This document shows positions 57,736 to 64,000 of a DNA stretch of 64,000 nucleotides, piece by piece. The first letter of the stretch is position 1; each line of letters starts with the position of its first letter. Source of the DNA: Glycera tridactyla (lineage: Eukaryota); NCBI GenBank assembly GCA_965644265.1, contig OZ286465.1:34286001-34350000 (forward strand). Reading direction: 5' to 3'. The notes under the pieces were generated by a model that made no database searches, was not told the DNA's origin, and saw only the letters and a program-made list of their open reading frames with translations. The translations under genes and the position numbers were made by a program.

Positions 57736-58371
57736 ATGTATCCTTTCATTTCTCCAACAACAATCATGCTAACAGGATCAACGCAGTCAGGGAAGACAAC
57801 GTGGGTCAAAAAACTGTTGGATAATGTTGGAGCAATGTTTCCTGAAGAACCACCTGAGAAAGTGCTATACTGTTATGGTATTTATCAACCTGTCTTCCTT
57901 GATATGGAGAAAACAGGGGTTAATATTAAATTCCACGAAGGTGTGCCTTCTCAAATGGATATAGCCCTTTTCAAAAATACAAGCAATCACTGTCTTGTTA
58001 TTTTGGATGATCTTATGGATTCTATCTGCAAAAGCAAAGACATTGAAGTATTGTTCACAAGAGGATCGCATCATCAAAACATAACAGTAATATATATAAA
58101 TCAGAATTTCTTCTGTAAAGGACCGTCCAGTAGAACAATAAATATGAATGCTCACTATCTCATCTTTTTTGAATCTTCAGATCTATTACAAATAGAAATA
58201 ATAGGAAAGCAAATGAAAATGGGTAAAGAAATAATGGAATCATACATGGATGCAATATCAAGTGATTTCGGTTACCTGTGCATTGATCGTTCACCCCGGC
58301 GGAATCGACTCCACCAATTACGCACTAGCATTTTCCCGGGTCAGGATACAATAGTCTATGTTCCCAAGTGA
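57736..58371 (+). CDS. ATP: Genome packaging ATPase (A32/FtsK-like)
   Basis: Walker A GSTQSGKT, Walker B VILDD, RGSHHQNITVIYINQ. Likely start is ATG 57736. Confidence 0.96.
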   Translation: MYPFISPTTIMLTGSTQSGKTTWVKKLLDNVGAMFPEEPPEKVLYCYGIYQPVFLDMEKTGVNIKFHEGVPSQMDIALFKNTSNHCLVILDDLMDSICKSKDIEVLFTRGSHHQNITVIYINQNFFCKGPSSRTINMNAHYLIFFESSDLLQIEIIGKQMKMGKEIMESYMDAISSDFGYLCIDRSPRRNRLHQLRTSIFPGQDTIVYVPK

Positions 58372-58417
58372 GTTGATCATTTCCCCCTTTTCACTCGGAC
58401 TACAAGCAATTGTATAG

Positions 58418-58732
58418 ATGAGTGAGACATTGAGTAAGGTAGCTCCATTCCTCAAGCTACTCCTAACCACAAGTACACTGCAAGCGCATGCGCTCTTGGA
58501 TACTGCGGATAAGGATCAAGTACATAGCATACGTGAAATTCTATACAACATTCTTAATTGCAAAATACCGATCAGTGAGGAACAAACAGTGATCATTGAG
58601 AAACGTACTCGAGTATTAGCAAAAATAAGTAAGGCAAGAGGAAAGCGCTGTAGTGAGCTTGTTGCAAAACATTACATAATAGTTCATAAAACACTCATTC
58701 TATTCAAAGACATTCTTCTATCAAAAATATGA
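58418..58732 (+). CDS. Conserved small Polinton hypothetical protein
   Basis: ALLDTADKDQVHSIREILYNILNCKIP pattern is typical of the small ORF next to Polinton ATPases; ATGA overlap with the next gene. Confidence 0.7.
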   Translation: MSETLSKVAPFLKLLLTTSTLQAHALLDTADKDQVHSIREILYNILNCKIPISEEQTVIIEKRTRVLAKISKARGKRCSELVAKHYIIVHKTLILFKDILLSKI

Positions 58733-59403
58733 ATAGAATGAACTGCATCAAAAAAATGGTTGCAATCCCTTTGGAAGAATATACAACTCTCAAAAAGAGT
58801 AAAGATAGTGATTCACAAATTGAAGCTAGAGTAATCCAGAGTGGGAGTGGGATCAAGGATAAATTAGTAAATATCCTAGATAAAATACCACATTCGTTGA
58901 GAGATAAAGCTGAAACCATTTTAAAAATGATGAAAACTGTTTTTGCTTGGGATGAGTCAGGGAAAATTGTTACAGGGGGACACGGGATGGATAACCTCAA
59001 TATTGCTGACATTCTAATGGGTATGCTCCAAAGTCGTGTGATGCATGAAGGGAGTGGTAATGATATTACATCAGCACTAGAATCAAACGGCAAACACAGT
59101 ATAAAAGAGCAAGAAATAGAAAATGACCCTGCAGATGCTGCTCGACAACCTAATCAAGCGCTCACTCATGCAGAAACAGATGAATTCAAGCGTGAAGAAA
59201 AGCTGTCAAACAAAGCAGAAATTGATTCCACAGAGAGTTCTCACGCAGGTGTTGTTCCAACACAGCGTCCTCCACCACCGGGTAAACCTGCTAGAAATAA
59301 GCGGAAACGAACTTTAACAGCAGCAGATTCTAAATCCAAACAAGCAAAAATTCGTTCTGCTCCTATGCCTAATGAAGCATTGGAATGGGTGAAGATTTCT
59401 TAG
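58729..59403 (+). CDS. Polinton hypothetical (putative core) protein
   Basis: IPLEEY, QSGSG, ILDKIPHSLRDKAETIL...AWDESG..G...NIADIL; basic C-terminus. Confidence 0.7.
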   Translation: MNRMNCIKKMVAIPLEEYTTLKKSKDSDSQIEARVIQSGSGIKDKLVNILDKIPHSLRDKAETILKMMKTVFAWDESGKIVTGGHGMDNLNIADILMGMLQSRVMHEGSGNDITSALESNGKHSIKEQEIENDPADAARQPNQALTHAETDEFKREEKLSNKAEIDSTESSHAGVVPTQRPPPPGKPARNKRKRTLTAADSKSKQAKIRSAPMPNEALEWVKIS

Positions 59404-60488
59404 AACTGAGTTCGACTCAACCACATGTACCAGCCAGTTTTTCTTCATCTGAGAGAATATTTGAGAATAACCCTCCAACAGGGAATAAGTTTGGGAGAGC
59501 AAGGGCTGCGAGATATCTTGAAGGACAGGAGTATTATACACTACAACGTGAAGTAAGATCAAAATTCTCGAGACCGAGAGTAATTGCACCCTATATTAAT
59601 TATCAATATGATATTGATACTGCATTCATGAGGAAATATAGCAAGCAAAATAATGGATATTCTTATATTCTGATCTCCATAGATGTATTCAGTAAATATA
59701 TTCATGCACGTGCAATGAAGACGACTAAGGGTCAGGAGGTAGTAGAAGCACTGACTAGCATTTTTGAAGACTCTGGTGTGAAACCGGAGAGAATCAGATC
59801 AGATTTAGGATCTGAATTTAAGAACAAATTTGTTTCAAAGTATCTGAAAAAGAATGGAATAAAACAATTCTTCGCACAGACTGATAAAAAAGCAAACATT
59901 GCAGAAAGAGCTATAAAAACTATCAAGTCGAAACTCATTGCATATTTAAGGAAATATAAAACAACTAAATGGGTTAAAGTCCTGCATGAAATTGTTGAGA
60001 GCTATAACAATACTAAGCATACTAGTTTAGGGAAAGCACCGAATCAAGTAACAAACGAGGATGATTTTGAAATTTGGGAGAAATTATATAATCCATTCAC
60101 TAGAAGAAAACCCTTCCCTAAAAAGAATAGAAAACATAAGTATAAAGTGGACGATGTAGTCAGGATATCATCTACAAGACAGGCTTATGATAAAGCTTAT
60201 GATGAGCAGTGGACTCAGGAACTATTCAAAATCACAAGTTTAAAATTCAATCAGTATATCCCACTGTATGAATTAAAAGATTGGGATAATAATCCGATTG
60301 GAGGTTTTTTTTATCAATCAGAGTTGCAGCGAGTTCAAATTGATGATGAAACAACATATGATATAGAGAAAGTTATCAAGCAGCGAAAAATTCAAGGAAA
60401 AAAACAATATTATGTTAAATGGAAGGGGTGGGCTAGTAGTTATAATAGTTGGATTGAATCGGAAGCTTTCAAGTTATATAAACCATGA
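59385..60488 (+). CDS. INT: Retroviral-type (rve) DDE integrase with C-terminal chromodomain
   Basis: YDIDT / IDVFSKY, RSDLGSEF, IAERAIKTIK; chromodomain YDIEKVIKQR...YYVKWKGWASSYNSWI. Confidence 0.97.
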   Translation: MGEDFLELSSTQPHVPASFSSSERIFENNPPTGNKFGRARAARYLEGQEYYTLQREVRSKFSRPRVIAPYINYQYDIDTAFMRKYSKQNNGYSYILISIDVFSKYIHARAMKTTKGQEVVEALTSIFEDSGVKPERIRSDLGSEFKNKFVSKYLKKNGIKQFFAQTDKKANIAERAIKTIKSKLIAYLRKYKTTKWVKVLHEIVESYNNTKHTSLGKAPNQVTNEDDFEIWEKLYNPFTRRKPFPKKNRKHKYKVDDVVRISSTRQAYDKAYDEQWTQELFKITSLKFNQYIPLYELKDWDNNPIGGFFYQSELQRVQIDDETTYDIEKVIKQRKIQGKKQYYVKWKGWASSYNSWIESEAFKLYKP

Positions 60489-60494
60489 AAAAAA

Positions 60495-60956
60495 ATGGTT
60501 CCCTTCACTTCCAGTTTGACAATGGAGCAGGATGAATACTTCTTCTTCATCTCATCTGATGACTGTCGAGATAGATGTATTGATAACAAGCCTTATGAAT
60601 TCACTATTGTTTTACCTGCAAGAATAATCTTGAGAGGTAGAGGGTGGCGATGCGGGCTAATCCAAACAATGCTTACAACAGGTGGAGGAGAAAATAACTC
60701 GTTGCTCTTCCTGTGTGATTTGATACAGGATAGTTATGTCAAAGATCGATTCCTACCTCTTTTGAATCTAATTCACCACTCAAACTGTGGTGAAAGTGCT
60801 GATGTAACAGATATTGCTAACCCTCTCTATCACCCGCTAACGAGAACATGTATTGATAGTATTAGGATAAGTATAAAAGTAGAGAAGAATCTAGAATACT
60901 GCACAAACCTCATCGAACCACTGAAGTGTATACTGCATCTGAAAAAGTCTGACTAA
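60495..60956 (+). CDS. mCP: Minor capsid (penton)-like protein, short form
   Basis: FFISS...N.PYEFTIVLP.RI.L.G.GW.CGL; CDLIQDSYV...PLL; PLYHPL...IDSIRISI; ILHLKK. Only 153 aa. Confidence 0.75.
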   Translation: MVPFTSSLTMEQDEYFFFISSDDCRDRCIDNKPYEFTIVLPARIILRGRGWRCGLIQTMLTTGGGENNSLLFLCDLIQDSYVKDRFLPLLNLIHHSNCGESADVTDIANPLYHPLTRTCIDSIRISIKVEKNLEYCTNLIEPLKCILHLKKSD

Positions 60957-60966
60957 CCAATCCACA

Positions 60967-61296
60967 ATGAGTAGTGCTAAGAAATGGTCGACTCACTTTT
61001 GTCACATGGCGAAGAATAATCTTACGAGGAAAGGACAGAGAGTGATCATACATAAAGGATCGGGAGAGAAAATAGAGGCAAAACCAAGCATCAAAATAGT
61101 CTCACCCTCCCAACAAGCAATCGGGATTGCCCGCACGCAACTGAAGGAGAATATAAAAGAAGAATCTTTGATGAAACCAACTCATTATTCTCAAAAGCCG
61201 TGCAACACAAAGGGGCGTAAAACGCTTGCTCGTCGTGGTGCGAGAGTTTGGCGAAAGCAAAAGACCGTAACAAAAGCGAAGAAATCAGCAAAATGA
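60967..61296 (+). CDS. Small basic Polinton protein (putative DNA-condensing core protein)
   Basis: WSTHFCHMA, HKGSG, VSPSQQAI, K/R-rich tail; ATGA overlap with the MCP start. Confidence 0.65.
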   Translation: MSSAKKWSTHFCHMAKNNLTRKGQRVIIHKGSGEKIEAKPSIKIVSPSQQAIGIARTQLKENIKEESLMKPTHYSQKPCNTKGRKTLARRGARVWRKQKTVTKAKKSAK

Positions 61297-62582
61297 GTGG
61301 GACCGATATAACCGGAGATAATATCGCAGAAGTGCACACCCCTGCGCTATCCGTTATTGAAACTCTCCCACTAGAAGCTGGAGTTATTGGTCAGCAAAAA
61401 ATGGAATTTCGTCCGCTTGGTCAGATTGGCGATGGAGCAATTATCGAGATAGAATGCCCTAACAACTCACCCTATCATTATCTTGATCTGAAAAACTCGA
61501 GAGTGAAAATCAAAGCAAAAATTGTTTGTAATGATGCAACAGAATCTAAACTTGAAGAGACTGACATTATTGCACCGTGTAATCTAACTCTGCAGTCAAT
61601 GTTTCCACAAGTTGATTTAATGATACAGGGGATAAATACATCCACAGTCGGGAATTACTGGCCTTGGAAATGCTATGTTGATTCACTAGAAAATCATGTT
61701 TATGGTGATACCCGCCTAGGTTCAGAATTATTCAGCATGGATACTAGCAGAAAGTTTGATGATATGGCTTATGATGGAACAAGTATGAATAGTGCTTATC
61801 TTGTTCGTGGGCGCTACTTCATGGGAAGTAAAACTGTGGAAATGCTTGGAAACCTTCCGTGTGATTTCGCTAAGCAAGGGAAATATCTCATCAATAATGT
61901 TCCCGTCAAATTGAGATTTATTCCATCAAGACCTGAGTTGGTGCTATTGACAAGCAATGAAACGAAATCATATAAGTTGAAAATTATTGATATTGTTTTT
62001 CAAGCATTGATGGTTCATTTGGATCCTGCAGTCATACTCGGACATAACGATGCATTGAAAATTAAACCTGCAGAGTATCCATTCAATGAATCGCTAATGA
62101 GCATTCAATCAATCCCGCAAGGTGAATTTGGGAAAGTGTTTGAAAATTTATTTTCAGGTGAATGTCCTTCAGAAATTGTGATTGGGATGATAAGTTCTGA
62201 AGCTTTCAATGGTAAATACAGTAAAAATCCATTCAATTTCGATCATTTTAATCTAACAAGCATTGATCTTTCATTTAACGGGCAAAGTGTTTTTCCAGGT
62301 CCTCTTTCACCTGACTATGAAGCTAATTCATTCATGGAAAGTTATCTAAGCTTCTATAGCAGAGAACAGATAAAATGAGGTTCTTTCCCTGATGGTTATG
62401 CACTTTACAAATTCGAACTCTCAGCTTTACATAAAGAAGATTCAATTGCCTCTCAAATGCGGGGGCATTTGAGATTGAGAATCCAATTGAAAAAGGCATT
62501 GACTAGTGCAACCACCGTCATAATCTATGGTAAGCGGCCTTCCACGATCAAGATTGATTTGAATAGAACTATCTTGAAATGA
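61293..62582 (+). pseudogene. MCP: Major capsid protein (double jelly roll) with one in-frame TGA at 62376-62378
   Basis: YLDLKNSRVKI, NLTLQSMFPQVDL, PSEIVIGMISSEAFNGKYSKNPFNFDHF. After the TGA the same frame continues GSFPDGYALYKFEL...GHLRLRIQLKKAL...IIYG...IKIDLNRTILK*; 429 codons in total. Confidence 0.93.
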
Positions 62583-63058
62583 ACGAACTTGAGCTCATTC
62601 ACAACCTTGCCACAGACGGAGTAACACGTCATTATTTTCTCGGAGTATTTGCTATCAATGAATTAGGACATATCCCCCCGATTACATCTGATGCATTCTG
62701 TATAGTTAATACAAGTGAGCGATATTCACGGGGTACACATTGGTTCGCAATATTTATTCCTAGGAATGGGTTGTGTGAATACTTTGAATCGCTCGGTGAA
62801 GAAGCTAGCCTACCTGCTGTAATATTTATGAAGAATTATAGTTCTAGCTATAAATGTATGAATAATCGAATACAGGATTTTAACACTGATACCTGTGGAT
62901 TATATTGTTTAGACTTTGCTCATTCTAGATGTCGAGGCCAAAGTTTTGCAAAATATATCGAGCAATTTGATACATCAAAGTTGTTTGAAAACGAGAAAAT
63001 CATAAGGAATAAATGGTGTGTTTCAAGAAATTTAAGAGCAGGTGTATGTTCATTGTAA
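62579..63058 (+). CDS. PRO: Adenain-like (C5/Ulp1 fold) cysteine protease
   Basis: RGTHWFAI (His), YFESLG (acidic), IQDFNTDTCGLYC (Gln, Cys). Confidence 0.95.
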   Translation: MNELELIHNLATDGVTRHYFLGVFAINELGHIPPITSDAFCIVNTSERYSRGTHWFAIFIPRNGLCEYFESLGEEASLPAVIFMKNYSSSYKCMNNRIQDFNTDTCGLYCLDFAHSRCRGQSFAKYIEQFDTSKLFENEKIIRNKWCVSRNLRAGVCSL

Positions 63059-63145
63059 AAATCAAAAAGATATTTCATATGATATGTTGTCTTAAATGTT
63101 GGATTGAATATTGATAAAATCAACTGTATAAAACTGAATGGAAAG

Positions 63146-63589
63146 ATGAGCGTGAATAAGAATTCGAAACCAACTACAAATCCATGGAGCCCGCAAGAGA
63201 GAGAGAGATTGGAATTGGAAAAAATATGGTATGACGGACGAACACGATTTCTCTCTCATATTCCGATATCAGACTATGTGATTAGCAGAGGAGGGTTGAT
63301 AATTAGCTGCTGTCATGGATGTAGAGCTATCGGTTATAGCAATCCGAATATTGCATTCTTTGAATGCAAGCACTGTAATTTATGTATGATCAAACCGATT
63401 GATAGGAAGTATGAGCTTCAATCAATTGAGATGAACTGTGACAACATTCATTTTCACCAACATGGAGATTCTCTGTATGATTCGGTGTGTGATAAATATT
63501 CAAATGATTATGAGAGATTTTTAGCTGAAGATTCATGGACTGAATTTGGAGAGCGCTTGCAAAAAATGTTACTCAAATGTATGTATTGA
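63146..63589 (+). CDS. Hypothetical protein with two CxxC pairs
   Basis: CHGC...CKHC; intronless; follows the protease on the same strand. Confidence 0.5.
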   Translation: MSVNKNSKPTTNPWSPQERERLELEKIWYDGRTRFLSHIPISDYVISRGGLIISCCHGCRAIGYSNPNIAFFECKHCNLCMIKPIDRKYELQSIEMNCDNIHFHQHGDSLYDSVCDKYSNDYERFLAEDSWTEFGERLQKMLLKCMY

Positions 63590-63640
63590 ACTGTATTATG
63601 ATATATTTTTTGTATACTTTTATGAACCTGCGAATGTGTC

Positions 63641-63645
<5 letters not shown>

Positions 63646-63672
<27 letters not shown>
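63646..63672. repeat. (TA)n microsatellite followed by an A-rich tract
   Basis: Directly visible. Confidence 0.9.
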
Positions 63673-63682
<10 letters not shown>

Positions 63683-64000
63683 GTAGAGTGAAAAAAAAAA
63701 AAAAGAAGAAAAAGATTCTTTTGTTTGTGATGTTTTATTCATTTCAATCCTTCTCCCTTAGTTAGAAATCAGGTTAATACATCGCTATTTGCTGAATAGA
63801 TTTAGAAAGATTCTTCATTCGATCTCGAGCACATAAACCTAAACATCTGAATATCTAGCCATCCATATAATTCTTGCAAATACAGCACTGGCATCTAGTG
63901 CAGAATAGATGTGGGAAAAACTATAGAGCTCAAGAGTTCGATGCTATAGGTGGAGACATCTAGCGTGGACAAATAACATTAATTTCGCTACAGAATTGGA

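Larger units (their letters stand above)
50984..63589 (+). mobile_element. Polinton/Maverick (integrating dsDNA virus-like element), core region; termini not identified
   Basis: Collinear pPolB, A32/FtsK-like ATPase, rve integrase with chromodomain, penton-like protein, double-jelly-roll MCP and adenain-like protease. Confidence 0.97.

Noticed and set aside
57383-57824. Overlapping ORFs 57383-57700 and 57513-57824 between pol and ATPase
   Set aside because: One may be real, but neither has recognisable motifs and they overlap each other and the ATPase, so I cannot choose.
62376-62378. Selenocysteine recoding of the MCP TGA
   Set aside because: The position corresponds to a probable Arg, not Cys, and I see no SECIS-like element.

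Overview
Repeat-dense eukaryotic DNA, most likely from an invertebrate animal. It has spliceosomal exons, microsatellites and seven N-gaps; I see no rRNA, tRNA, CRISPR array or bacterial operon. (1) 1-10.4 kb and 29.2-36.7 kb are two same-orientation copies of a composite block: a decayed Neptune-type Penelope-like retroelement (RT + GIY-YIG, minus strand) plus several kb of shared upstream sequence. Copy A carries a second Penelope inserted into a (TA)n tract, and two hammerhead-core motifs sit near Penelope ends. (2) Two CR1/L2-group LINEs lie at 10.5-13.9 kb (minus) and 19.5-22.9 kb (plus). (3) An 11.8-kb segment bounded by a 78-bp inverted repeat contains a frameshifted SGNH hydrolase exon and decayed ORFs. 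(4) Two in-phase DM9-like exons of a probable host gene lie at 27.6-28.7 kb. (5) A microsatellite/minisatellite/MITE zone covers 36.8-42 kb. (6) A Polinton/Maverick spans about 51-63.6 kb (pPolB, packaging ATPase, integrase-chromodomain, penton-like protein, major capsid, adenain protease), with a Polinton-type PC4 gene cluster at 43.5-45 kb. The most striking item is the polymerase. Read through one -1 frameshift it is a ~1,900-aa protein: C2H2 zinc-finger array, terminal-protein/vOTU region, exonuclease, polymerase with a Vsr-like insertion, and a C-terminal NADAR (YbiA-like) domain. All domain calls come from motif recognition by eye; no database searches were run.
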